A stretch of 64,000 bases of DNA from Gemmatimonadota bacterium (GTDB lineage: Bacteria > Gemmatimonadota > Gemmatimonadetes > Palauibacterales > Palauibacteraceae), in assembly GCA_963666735.1 (NCBI GenBank), contig OY762926.1, forward strand, positions 3,840,001-3,904,000, written 5' to 3'. The first letter of the stretch is position 1. Each line of letters begins with the position of its first letter. Made by a program: the position numbers and the translations under genes. A model generated the notes under the pieces. It saw only the letters and a list, made by a program, of their open reading frames with translations, searched no databases and had not been told where the DNA came from. This document shows, piece after piece, positions 41,429 to 50,608 of this stretch.

Positions 41429-43012
41429 GTGTCCGCCTTCCTCGACGGCCTGCTGACCGCGCTCCAGCCGGGAAACCTCGCGGCCCTCCTCGCGGGAAGC
41501 CTGCTCGGCGTGTTCGCGGGCGCGATGCCGGGGCTGAGTTCGACGGTGGGCCTCGCGCTCGTCCTCCCGGTCACCTTCGCCCTCGACCCGACGCCGGCGC
41601 TCCTGATGATGGTCTCCATATACATGGCGGCGGAGTACGGCGGTTCGATCACCGCGATCGCGATCGGCGTGCCGGGGAGTTCGCCCGCCCTCGCCACGAC
41701 CTTCGACGGCTACGCGATGACCCGGCGCGGCGAGGCGGGACGCGCCCTGGGGATCTCCCTCTTCTCCAGCATGAGCGGCGGGCTCCTCGGCACCGTCCTC
41801 CTCGTCCTGGCGCTGGGGCCGCTTTCGCGGGCGGCGATCGCCTTCGGCCCGGCGGAGTACTTCGGGCTCGGCGTGTTCGGGCTCTCCATCGTCGCGAACC
41901 TCGTGGGGAAGGATCCGTTCAAGGGGATCGTGAGCGCGCTCCTCGGGCTCCTCTTCTTCGTCGTCGGACTCGACGTGCTCACGGGGGCGCCTCGGCTGAC
42001 GTTCGGCACCAACGCGCTCATGGACGGTCTCGGGCTCGTCCCGATGCTGATCGGCTTCTTCGCGATCGCCGAGGCGCTGGAGGCGGTGACCGGCCGGCGC
42101 AGATCGACGCCCCCCGGCGGCGGCATCGCGGGCGCCCTCCCGAAGGCCCGCGAGTTGTTTGGACTGTGGCGCACGATTCTGCGGGGATCCGCGATCGGGG
42201 GTCTGATCGGCGCGATCCCCGGCGCCGGGGCGACGATCGCCTCCATCGTGGCCTGGAACGAGGAGCGTCGCGTCTCGAAGACGCCGGAGCGGTTCGGGAC
42301 CGGCGTGCCCGCGGGAATCGCGGCGCCGGAGGCCGCGAACAACTCCTGCGTGGGGGCCGCGATGATCCCGCTCCTCGCGCTCGGGATCCCCGGTTCCGCC
42401 AGCGCCGCGGTCCTCCTCGGAGGCCTCACGGTGCAGGGCGTGGCGCCGGGCCCGCTGCTCATGACGGAGCGCTCGGAACTCGTCTACGCGCTGTACGCGG
42501 GATTCGTGGTGGCGGTGCTGCTCATGCTGGCCGTGGGGCGCCTCGGGATCCCCCTCTGGACGCGGGTGGTCCGGCTGCGGCCGTCGATCCTCATGCCGCT
42601 CGTCGTCGCCATCTCGCTCGTGGGCACCTTCTCCCTCCGCGGCAACGCGGCGGACGCGTGGGCTGCCCTCTTCTTCGGGCTCGTCGGCTTCGCTATGCTG
42701 CGAGGCGGCTACCCGCTGGCGCCGGCGGTGCTCGGCCTCATCCTCGGTCCCATGATCGAAACGAACTATCGGCGGGCGTTGAGCCTGTCCTCGGGATCGC
42801 ACTCGATCTTCCTGGAGAGCCCGATCAGCCTGGTGCTGCTCCTGCTGGCGGTCGTGAGCTTCGCGGCCCCGGCGGTCCGCGGCCGCCTGATATCCGGGAG
42901 GACGCGAGCGCCCGAGCCCGGACCCGGCACACACGACAACGAACCGCCGAAAACCGAACCGCTGGAAACCGAACCCCGACAAACCGAACCCCGGCAAGAG
43001 GAATACGAGTGA
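41429..43012 (+). CDS. tctA: Tripartite tricarboxylate transporter large permease
   Basis: GAMPGLS, EYGGSITAI, TFDGYAM, GAIPGAGATIA, PEAANNS, LALGIPGS. Confidence 0.94.
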   Translation: MSAFLDGLLTALQPGNLAALLAGSLLGVFAGAMPGLSSTVGLALVLPVTFALDPTPALLMMVSIYMAAEYGGSITAIAIGVPGSSPALATTFDGYAMTRRGEAGRALGISLFSSMSGGLLGTVLLVLALGPLSRAAIAFGPAEYFGLGVFGLSIVANLVGKDPFKGIVSALLGLLFFVVGLDVLTGAPRLTFGTNALMDGLGLVPMLIGFFAIAEALEAVTGRRRSTPPGGGIAGALPKARELFGLWRTILRGSAIGGLIGAIPGAGATIASIVAWNEERRVSKTPERFGTGVPAGIAAPEAANNSCVGAAMIPLLALGIPGSASAAVLLGGLTVQGVAPGPLLMTERSELVYALYAGFVVAVLLMLAVGRLGIPLWTRVVRLRPSILMPLVVAISLVGTFSLRGNAADAWAALFFGLVGFAMLRGGYPLAPAVLGLILGPMIETNYRRALSLSSGSHSIFLESPISLVLLLLAVVSFAAPAVRGRLISGRTRAPEPGPGTHDNEPPKTEPLETEPRQTEPRQEEYE

Positions 43013-44460
43013 GCGCGACGCGTGCGGTCATCGACTTCATACTCGAGACGACGATGGACGACTTTCCGGAGCGGCTGCTGTCCGAGGGACGGCGCTGCGT
43101 CACGGATGGGACGGGCGTGATCCTCGCCGGGTCGACGGATGCCTGTTCCCGCATCGTCCAGGACCAGATCGCGGCGCAGGGCGGGAACGCGCAGGCGACG
43201 ATCCTGGGTCCGCCGGACGTGCGCGCGCCGGCGTCGCTCGCGGCGCGCGCCAACGGAACGGCGGGCCACGCGATGGACTTCGACGACACGCAGCTCTCGA
43301 ACGCGCCCGACCGCATCTTCGGACTCCTCACGCACCCGACGGTCGCGCCGCTGTCGGCGGGATACGCGATGGCGGAGCGGGAAGGGGCGACAGGAGCCGA
43401 GTTCCTGGAGGCGTTCCTCATCGGGTTCGAGGTGGAGTGCAAGATCGCCGAGGCGATCGACCCGCGGCACTACATGGAGGGCTTCCACTCGACGGCGACG
43501 ATCGGCACGCTCGGCGCCTGCGCGACGGCGGCGACACTCGCCGGGCTCGAGGCGGACGACCTCGCCATGGCCCTCGGGATCGCCGCCAGCCTCTCGTCGG
43601 GGATCCGGCTCGGGTTCGGCACGATGACGAAGCCGCTCCACGCGGGCCGGGCCGCGGAAAACGGCATCCTGGCGGTGGACCTCGCCGCCCGCGGCTTCAC
43701 GGCCGGACACGACGCGCTGGAGGCGCCGTGGGGCTTCTTCCGCGTCTTCGGCGGCGGCTTCGAGCCCGAGCGGCTGGTCGGCGCCCTGGGCTCCCCCTAC
43801 ACGCTGCTCGACCCCGGCGTCTCCGTGAAGCCGTTCCCCTCGGGGAGCCTGGCCCACCCCAGCATGGCGGCCATGCTCGAACTCGTCACCGAGCACGACC
43901 TTGCGCCCGGCGACGTCGCGCACATCACCTTCCGCGCCGGACACAACATCCTGAACCCGCTGCGGTATCCGCGCCCGAACAACGAACTCGAGGCGAAGTT
44001 CTGCATCCCCTTCGTCCTCTCCAGCATCGTCCTGCGGCGACGGGCCGGGATCCGCGAGTTTCACGACGACTTCGTCCTCTCCGACGAGGCGGCGGAGATG
44101 ATGGACCGCGTGACCGTTCAGTTCGACGAGGAGATCGACGCCCGCGGGTACGACCGCATGCGGAGCGCGATCGACGTGCGGCTCCGTGACGGAACCGAGC
44201 TTCGCGCCGAGGCGGACACGTATCCCGGCGGACCGGAGCGGCCGCTCAGCCGGGAGGAACTGCACGGCAAGTTCCGCGATTGCGCGAGCCTGGTGATGGA
44301 CGACGCGCGGATCGACGAGGCGCTGGACCGGCTCGAACGCGTGGACGACCTGGGCTACATCGGCGACCTCGTGGACGCGCTCTCGACGGCCCCGGTCGGC
44401 GCCCCCGCCATGAGTCCCGCCAGAGGCCCCGCCATAGGCCCCCCTGGAGTCCCCGCGTGA
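43009..44460 (+). CDS. MmgE/PrpD family protein
   Basis: ANGTAGHAMDFDD, HYMEGFHST, FGTMTKPLHAGRAA, VKPFPSG, EAKFCIP. Confidence 0.92.
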   Translation: MSATRAVIDFILETTMDDFPERLLSEGRRCVTDGTGVILAGSTDACSRIVQDQIAAQGGNAQATILGPPDVRAPASLAARANGTAGHAMDFDDTQLSNAPDRIFGLLTHPTVAPLSAGYAMAEREGATGAEFLEAFLIGFEVECKIAEAIDPRHYMEGFHSTATIGTLGACATAATLAGLEADDLAMALGIAASLSSGIRLGFGTMTKPLHAGRAAENGILAVDLAARGFTAGHDALEAPWGFFRVFGGGFEPERLVGALGSPYTLLDPGVSVKPFPSGSLAHPSMAAMLELVTEHDLAPGDVAHITFRAGHNILNPLRYPRPNNELEAKFCIPFVLSSIVLRRRAGIREFHDDFVLSDEAAEMMDRVTVQFDEEIDARGYDRMRSAIDVRLRDGTELRAEADTYPGGPERPLSREELHGKFRDCASLVMDDARIDEALDRLERVDDLGYIGDLVDALSTAPVGAPAMSPARGPAIGPPGVPA

Positions 44461-46427
44461 GAGGCGCGAGGGTCGCGCTGCTGGGAGGGCTGTGGCTTGC
44501 GGCCTGCGGCGACGCGACCCGCTCCGATGAGGAGACACAGGCTGCCCTGTATGCGGCGGCGGACGCGGCCGGGCGCGGCCCGTACGATGCGCTCCAGGTC
44601 GAGACCGATCTCATGGTGGAGATGCGCGACGGCGTCCGCCTCGCGACCGATGTCTACCGCCCCTCCCGCGAATACGAACCCATCGCCGAGTCGTTTCCCG
44701 TCCTCCTCCACCGGACTCCGTACGACAAGACCTCGCGCGGACTCGTGGACCAGGCGCGCTGGTTCACGACCCACGGCTACGTCGTCGTGCTGCAGGACAC
44801 GCGCGGGCTCTACGCCTCCGAGGGCACGTTCCAGAAGTACCACGAGTTCGACGCGCCCGACGGCTACGACACCATCGAGTGGATCACCGGGCTCGACTAC
44901 GCGGAGGGATCCGTCGGCATGTGGGGCACCTCCTACGGCGCGCACACGCAGGCCGACGCCGCCAAGTTGAACCCGCCGGGACTCCGCACGCTCGTGCTCA
45001 CGATGGGAGGTCTCTCCGACTCCTGGACGCACAAGGTCCGCAACCACGGCGCGCTCGAACTAGGCCAGCAACTCGGTTGGGCTCACCTCCAGCTCGCGGC
45101 GGTGGCGGACGACCCCGAGATCCGCCTCCGGCTCGCCGAGGAGCCGCCGTCGGACTGGTTCCCCGACACGCCCTTCCAAAAGGGGGAGAACCCGCTCTCC
45201 GTCGCGCCGAATTTCGAGGACTACTACCTCACCATGCAGAACCACGGCGACTACGACGACTATTTCCGCGGCATCGGCCGCAACTGGGTCGAGTACTACG
45301 ACGAGACGTCGGACATCCCGATGCTGCATGTGGGCGGGTGGTACGACTCCTACGCCCCGGGCACGATCCAGAGCTTCGTCGCACTTTCGCGGCGGAAGTC
45401 GTCGCCCATGACGCTTCTCATGGGTCCGTGGACGCATGGGGGCAACAGCCGCTCCCATGCCGGCGACATCGAGTTCGGGGCCGAGGCCGCGATCGAGGAC
45501 TTTTCGCGCGAGTTCCACCTGCGCTGGTTCGACCGGCACCTCCGCGGGCAGGTCGCGAACGACCTGTTCGCGAGCGACGAGAGGCTGGCGGGCGAAGCCG
45601 CCGGCCCGGTCACGATCTTCGTCATGGGAGGCGGTGATGGCCGCCGGGACGGGAACGGGCGCCTCTTCCACGGCGGCGAGTGGCGCACGGCCGAGACCTG
45701 GCCGATCGAGGATACGGAAGCGACGCCCTTCTACCTCCGTGCGGGCGGCGGGCTTGCGCGGGCGGCGCCCGGCGCGGACGAGGGATCGACGGCCTACACC
45801 TACGATCCCGAGCACCCGGTACCCACGGTCGGCGGGGCCTTCTCCGGCGCGCTCAAGCGGGGCGGCTACGACCAGCGCGAGCGCACCTTCCGGTCGCTCG
45901 AGGGCGGCTCCGAGAACGGTTTCTTCGCTTCCGAGGTCGATGGCCGCCGCACCGCCGACCGGCCCGACGTCCTCGTGTTCGAGACCGAGCCGCTGGCCGA
46001 GGACCTGGAGGTCATTGGCCCGGCCGCGGTCACGCTGTGGGCATCCTCCACCGCCCCCGACACCGACTTCACCGCCAAGCTCGTCGACGTCTATCCGCCG
46101 AACGACGACTATCCCGAGGGATTCGACCTCAACATCACGGACGGCATCCTCCGCGCCCGCTACCGGGATTCCCGCGAGCGGGAGACGCCGATGACGCCCG
46201 GAGAGGTCTACGAAATGGAGATCCGGCTCTTCCCGACGGCCAACCTCTTCCGGGCCGGCCACCGAATTCGGCTCGAGATCTCGAGTTCCAACTATCCCCG
46301 CTTCGACGTGAACCCCAACACGGGCGAACCGCTCGGACGCCACACGCGCACGGTCCCGGCGGAGAACACCATTCACCACGCCGCCGCCCGCCCGTCGGCG
46401 ATCCATCTTCCGCTCCAAAGGAGATAG
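44457..46427 (+). CDS. CocE/NonD-family (S15) serine hydrolase lipoprotein
   Basis: LAAC lipobox, MRDGVRLATDVYRP, RTPYDK, GMWGTSYG, GGWYD, GPWTHG, ISSSNYPRFD. Confidence 0.93.
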   Translation: MRGARVALLGGLWLAACGDATRSDEETQAALYAAADAAGRGPYDALQVETDLMVEMRDGVRLATDVYRPSREYEPIAESFPVLLHRTPYDKTSRGLVDQARWFTTHGYVVVLQDTRGLYASEGTFQKYHEFDAPDGYDTIEWITGLDYAEGSVGMWGTSYGAHTQADAAKLNPPGLRTLVLTMGGLSDSWTHKVRNHGALELGQQLGWAHLQLAAVADDPEIRLRLAEEPPSDWFPDTPFQKGENPLSVAPNFEDYYLTMQNHGDYDDYFRGIGRNWVEYYDETSDIPMLHVGGWYDSYAPGTIQSFVALSRRKSSPMTLLMGPWTHGGNSRSHAGDIEFGAEAAIEDFSREFHLRWFDRHLRGQVANDLFASDERLAGEAAGPVTIFVMGGGDGRRDGNGRLFHGGEWRTAETWPIEDTEATPFYLRAGGGLARAAPGADEGSTAYTYDPEHPVPTVGGAFSGALKRGGYDQRERTFRSLEGGSENGFFASEVDGRRTADRPDVLVFETEPLAEDLEVIGPAAVTLWASSTAPDTDFTAKLVDVYPPNDDYPEGFDLNITDGILRARYRDSRERETPMTPGEVYEMEIRLFPTANLFRAGHRIRLEISSSNYPRFDVNPNTGEPLGRHTRTVPAENTIHHAAARPSAIHLPLQRR

Positions 46428-46430
46428 ACC

Positions 46431-46835
46431 GTGCACGACGTCAACTGGCTCGCCGTCCTGGTCGCCGGAATCATTCCGCTGGTCGTCGGTTTCCTGTGGT
46501 ACGGCCCGATCTTCGGAAAGCAGTGGCTCTCGCTCATGGAGACCACCGCCGAGGAGATCCAGAAGGACTTCAACCCGGTGAAGACGCACGGGGGGAGTTT
46601 CGTCCTCTCGCTCGTCACCGCCTACGTCCTGGCGCAGCTTCTCGCCGTGATGGGGGGCTCCGGCGCCATGGTCGGGGTCCATGTGGGACTGCTCGTCACG
46701 ATCGGGTTCGTCCTCAACGTCGGATACCAGGGCGTGGCCTACGAGCAGCGCAAGCCGGGCATCTTCTTCCTGAGTCTGGGCTACAACGGCGTCGCCCTCA
46801 TTGCGCAGGCGGTGCTCCTCGCCGCCTGGCGCTGA
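46431..46835 (+). CDS. DUF1761-type membrane protein
   Basis: NWLAVLVA...VGFLWYGPIFGKQW, YEQRK, four TM segments. Confidence 0.85.
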   Translation: MHDVNWLAVLVAGIIPLVVGFLWYGPIFGKQWLSLMETTAEEIQKDFNPVKTHGGSFVLSLVTAYVLAQLLAVMGGSGAMVGVHVGLLVTIGFVLNVGYQGVAYEQRKPGIFFLSLGYNGVALIAQAVLLAAWR

Positions 46836-46844
46836 ACGAGGCGC

Positions 46845-46892
46845 TTGAAGGTCGATTGAAGGCCGATTGAAGGTCGATTGATGGCCGGTTGA
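46845..46892 (+). repeat. 11-bp tandem repeat (TTGAAGGYCGA, about 4 copies)
   Basis: TTGAAGGTCGA TTGAAGGCCGA TTGAAGGTCGA TTGATGGCCGG TTGA. Confidence 0.85.
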
Positions 46893-46958
46893 TCCGGAGG
46901 AGGAAGTAGAACTCGGAAGCTTTGCCTGGCATTCTGATTCAGAGCAAATTTCCGAGTA

Positions 46959-48362
46959 ATGGATCTGAACGACCTACTCATCCGGCCCGAGGGCAAGACT
47001 CTCGAGTTCAAGCGGGATCTTTCGTCTCCGCCGGGATTCCTGCGCACCGTCGTCGCGTTCGCGAATACGGCGGGCGGTACCGTCCTCATCGGGGTGGAAG
47101 ATCGGCCGCGCCACGTCGGGGGCGTCCGCCGCGCGCTCGACATGGAAGAGCGGGTCGCCAGCCTCATCAGCGATTCCATCCAGCCCGCGCTCTGGCCGGG
47201 CCTCGAGATTCTGAGGTTCCGAGGCACGCAGGTACTCGCCGTGCGCGTCCATCCCAGTCCCGCCCGGCCGCACTACCTCGCCCGGCAGGGACTCGAAGCG
47301 GGGACGTACGTGCGAGTGGGCTCGACCAACCGCCGTGCGGACCCTGAACTGATCGCCGAGATGCGGCGTTTCGCGTCGGGCGAATCCTACGACGAGCGGC
47401 CGGTGCCCACCCTCGACTCGGAAGCCCTGGACTTCCGAGCCGCTTCGGAGTCGTTCGCTCCGGTACGGAAACTGAGGCGGCGCGACCTGGAAACCCTGCG
47501 CCTCGTGACCACGCATCAGGGCCGGTCCGTACCGACGGTCGCCGGCGTGCTCCTGTTCGGCCGCGAGCGTCTCGAGCATTTTCCCGACGCCTGGATTCAG
47601 GCCGGCCGTTTTTCCGGGACGGACCGGGCGGACATCTTCGATCAGGCGCGCCTCGACATGCCGCTGATCGAGGCGGTCGAAGCGGCGGTCGCGTTCGTCA
47701 GGAAGCACTTGCTCCACGGGGCGACCATCGGCCCTCTACGGCGAACGGACCATTGGAGCCTGCCGCCTGCGGCCGTGCGGGAAGCGCTGGTGAATGCGGT
47801 GGTCCACGCCGACTACTCGCAGCGGGGCGCGCCCATCCGCGTCGCGATCTTCGATGACCGTCTGGAGATCGAGAACCCGGGGCTGCTCCCTTTCGGCCTC
47901 ACCCTCGAAGATCTGCCGCTGGGTGTCTCCAAGCTGCGCAACCGGTTGCTCGGGCGCGTCTTCCACGAAGTCGGGCTCGTCGAGCAGTGGGGAAGCGGCG
48001 CGCAACGCACGATCGCGGCCTGTCGGGACGCAGGGCTGGCGGCGCCCGAGTGGGAAGAGATCGGGATCCGCCTTCGCGTCACTCTGCGTACGGGCAAGGT
48101 GGCGCCGGCGAGGATCGATGAGCGGGACAGTACGATCCTCACGCTCCTGGAAAGCGGGGAGAGTTGCGGTACCCGGGAGGTCGCCGAGGCGATCGGTCTC
48201 TCGACCCGATCCACGCGGACCCGCCTGGCCCGGCTCGTCGAACGCGGGCTGGTGCGCGAAGTCGGCACGGGTCCGAACGACCCGAAGCGGGTCTACGTCA
48301 GGTCTTCCTCGCCCGTCGCGGATGATCTGGAGGATTTCCGGGGCTTCCGGACGAAGCGGTAG
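46959..48362 (+). CDS. AlbA_2 (Schlafen-like) + HATPase_c_4 + wHTH protein
   Basis: EGKTLEFKRD, VAFANTAGGTVLIGVED, REALVNAVVHADY, IENPG, VEQWGSG, C-terminal HTH. Confidence 0.9.
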   Translation: MDLNDLLIRPEGKTLEFKRDLSSPPGFLRTVVAFANTAGGTVLIGVEDRPRHVGGVRRALDMEERVASLISDSIQPALWPGLEILRFRGTQVLAVRVHPSPARPHYLARQGLEAGTYVRVGSTNRRADPELIAEMRRFASGESYDERPVPTLDSEALDFRAASESFAPVRKLRRRDLETLRLVTTHQGRSVPTVAGVLLFGRERLEHFPDAWIQAGRFSGTDRADIFDQARLDMPLIEAVEAAVAFVRKHLLHGATIGPLRRTDHWSLPPAAVREALVNAVVHADYSQRGAPIRVAIFDDRLEIENPGLLPFGLTLEDLPLGVSKLRNRLLGRVFHEVGLVEQWGSGAQRTIAACRDAGLAAPEWEEIGIRLRVTLRTGKVAPARIDERDSTILTLLESGESCGTREVAEAIGLSTRSTRTRLARLVERGLVREVGTGPNDPKRVYVRSSSPVADDLEDFRGFRTKR

Positions 48363-48550
48363 ATGAGGTAGCCGGCGACGCCGAGCACGAGGACGGTCGG
48401 AATCCAGCCCAGGAAATTGAAAATCGTGCCCGCGGCGACGGCGGCCGCGATTCCCTCGATGCGTCCGACGATTCGGTGTCGCCGGCGGGCCTTGTCCAAT
48501 TCCTGCCGGGAGTAGAGTTCGGGCAGGAGATCCGAATCCACGTCCTTCAT
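48293..48550 (-). CDS. Small two-TM hypothetical protein
   Basis: GGAGG upstream; MKDVDSDLLPELYSRQELDKARR...FNFLGWIPTVLVLGVAGYLIYRF. Confidence 0.65.
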   Translation of the reverse strand: MKDVDSDLLPELYSRQELDKARRRHRIVGRIEGIAAAVAAGTIFNFLGWIPTVLVLGVAGYLIYRFVRKPRKSSRSSATGEEDLT

Positions 48551-48664
48551 CGGGCATACCTCCGGTGTCCGGGGCTGGAAGATCCTACGATGACGGGCCG
48601 CGGACCGTTTCCGCCACCGCCGCCACCGGCTGCGCTCTCTCTGCGCCCCCGAGCGCGCCCCTAG

Positions 48665-50537
48665 ACCTAAAACAGGCGCGATCCACGCGCGAACCCTTGT
48701 TAAAAGGTACCGGAAAGGCTTATCCTGATTGTCGATAGCGGATTCGAACGATGGACGCCCGATCCCAACCAGGAGGCCTTTCCGGTGAACGGAATATCGC
48801 ACAGGCAGAGCCGAAGGAACAGTGCCCGGCGGAAGCGGAGAGTGGAGTCGCGGCGGGCGGGGGCGAGGCGGCGGGGCTCCCGGCCGAAGCCCGTGTTTTC
48901 GGCGGGCGGGCTCCGCTACGAGATCGGGGCGCGGACGAGCGCGATGAGCTTCGGGGGCATCGGCGCCGTGCGGCGCCTGGTGTCGAAGCTTTCGCTGGCG
49001 CGGGAGATCGACCGGCGACTGGATCTTCTGAAGCGGCACCTGCCGTACCACGAGTCGGACCACGTGCTGAACATCGCCTACAACCTGCTGTGCGGGGGCG
49101 CGCGGCTCGAGGATCTGAACGGCCTGCGCCACGACGCGGCGTACATGGACGCCCTGGGCGCGGACGTGATCCCCAGTCCGACGGCGGCGGGCGACTTCAC
49201 GCGGCGCTTCTCCGAGTCGGACGTGGTCGAGCTCATGGAGTGCGTCAACGCGGTCAGGCCCAAGCTGTGGCGGGGCCGGGGCCGGGATCTGCTGGAGCCG
49301 GTGGCCCATATCGACGTGGACGGGACGCTGGCGCCCACGCTGGGCCGCAAGAAGGCGGGCATGGACATGTCCTACAAGAAGGTGTGGGGCTACCACCCGC
49401 TGGTCGTGTCGCTGGCCAACACGGCCGAGGTGCTCTACGTGGTGAACCGGCCGGGCAACGCGGTGAGCCACGCCGGCGCGGCGGAGTGGATCGACCGGGC
49501 CATCGACCTGGTGGCGCCGTACGCGGAGCGGGTGTGCGTGCGCGGGGACACGGACTTCTCGCTGACCGTCAACTTCGACCGCTGGAGCGAGCGGGCGGAC
49601 TTCATCTTCGGCTACGACGCCCATTCGGCGCTGGTGCGGCGGGCCGAGGCGCTGGAGGAGGACGACTGGAAGCCTCTGGAGCGCAAGCCCCGCCACGTGT
49701 CCCGGACGGGGAAGACGCGGAGTGGGCGGGAGGACGTGAAGGGGCGGATCGTGCGCGAGCGCGGTTACGTGAACAAGCGGCTCAACTTCGAGGAGGTGGC
49801 CGAGTTCGACCACCGGCCCGTCAAGTGCCGCAAGACGTACCGGATGGTGGTGGTGCGCAAGAACATCAGCGAGATGAGGGGCGAACTCGCCCTCATCGAG
49901 GAGATCCGCCACTTCTTCCACATCACCACCCGGAGGGACGTGAGCGCGGCCGAGGTCGTCCGGCTGGCCAACGCCCGGTGCGGCCAGGAGAACGTGATCG
50001 CGCAGCTCAAGAACGGGGTGAACGCGCTGCGCGTGCCCGTCTACGACCTGGTGAGCAACTGGGCCTACATGGTGATGGCGGCCTTGGCGTGGAACCTCAA
50101 GAGCTTCCTGGCGATGATGATGCACCTGAAGGCCGACCGCCGGAAATACACCGCCATGGAGTTCAGGCGCTTCGTCCGCGAGATGATCCTCGTGCCCTGC
50201 CAAGTCATCCGCCGCGCCCGCCGCACGACCCTGCGCATCATCGGCTGGCGGCCCTCGGTGGACCGCCTGTTCAGCACCTGGAACACCATCGAGCGGACCG
50301 GCTTCACGTAGCACCCGCCGCCGGGCCCGGCTCGCCCGAAGGCGTCAACCGCCTCCCCGGGGACCGGTGTCTCCCCGCGCAAAACGCCGGCCCCGCACCC
50401 TCCTTCCGCCGAGCGACAAACCCCGAATCCCCGCCTCGGAACCACGGAAACACGGCTTCCCGGCGGCCTCCTCCGCCCATAATCCGCCGCCCGAAATCCA
50501 AGTGACGCCTCGCCAGCCCTACTCGCTTGTTTTAGGC
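48665..50537 (+). mobile_element. IS1380-family element, complete
   Basis: IRs ACCTAAAACAGGCG / CGCTTGTTTTAGGC; CTAG duplicated at 48661-48664 and 50538-50541. Confidence 0.92.
48785..50311 (+). CDS. IS1380-family transposase
   Basis: HLPYHESDHVLNIAYN, IPSPTAAGDFTRRF, IDVDGT, GYHPLVVSLANT, RGDTDFS, QENVIAQLKNGV. Confidence 0.92.
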   Translation: MNGISHRQSRRNSARRKRRVESRRAGARRRGSRPKPVFSAGGLRYEIGARTSAMSFGGIGAVRRLVSKLSLAREIDRRLDLLKRHLPYHESDHVLNIAYNLLCGGARLEDLNGLRHDAAYMDALGADVIPSPTAAGDFTRRFSESDVVELMECVNAVRPKLWRGRGRDLLEPVAHIDVDGTLAPTLGRKKAGMDMSYKKVWGYHPLVVSLANTAEVLYVVNRPGNAVSHAGAAEWIDRAIDLVAPYAERVCVRGDTDFSLTVNFDRWSERADFIFGYDAHSALVRRAEALEEDDWKPLERKPRHVSRTGKTRSGREDVKGRIVRERGYVNKRLNFEEVAEFDHRPVKCRKTYRMVVVRKNISEMRGELALIEEIRHFFHITTRRDVSAAEVVRLANARCGQENVIAQLKNGVNALRVPVYDLVSNWAYMVMAALAWNLKSFLAMMMHLKADRRKYTAMEFRRFVREMILVPCQVIRRARRTTLRIIGWRPSVDRLFSTWNTIERTGFT

Positions 50538-50608
50538 CTAGAGCCCTCTCCCGCGCGCGAGCGGATTCGGTAGGTTCAGGCCGTTCCACCCTCCAACGGA
50601 GATTCGAG

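Noticed and set aside
42304..42319. Fourth parS-like palindrome (CGTGCCCGCGGGAATC)
   Set aside because: Three mismatches, not palindromic, and explained by tctA codons
46845..46892. Possible CRISPR array
   Set aside because: Contiguous 11-bp units without spacers; no cas genes in the window
48293..50314. 673-aa minus-strand ORF
   Set aside because: Antisense shadow of the IS1380 transposase; only the last 85 codons (48293-48550) look like a real gene
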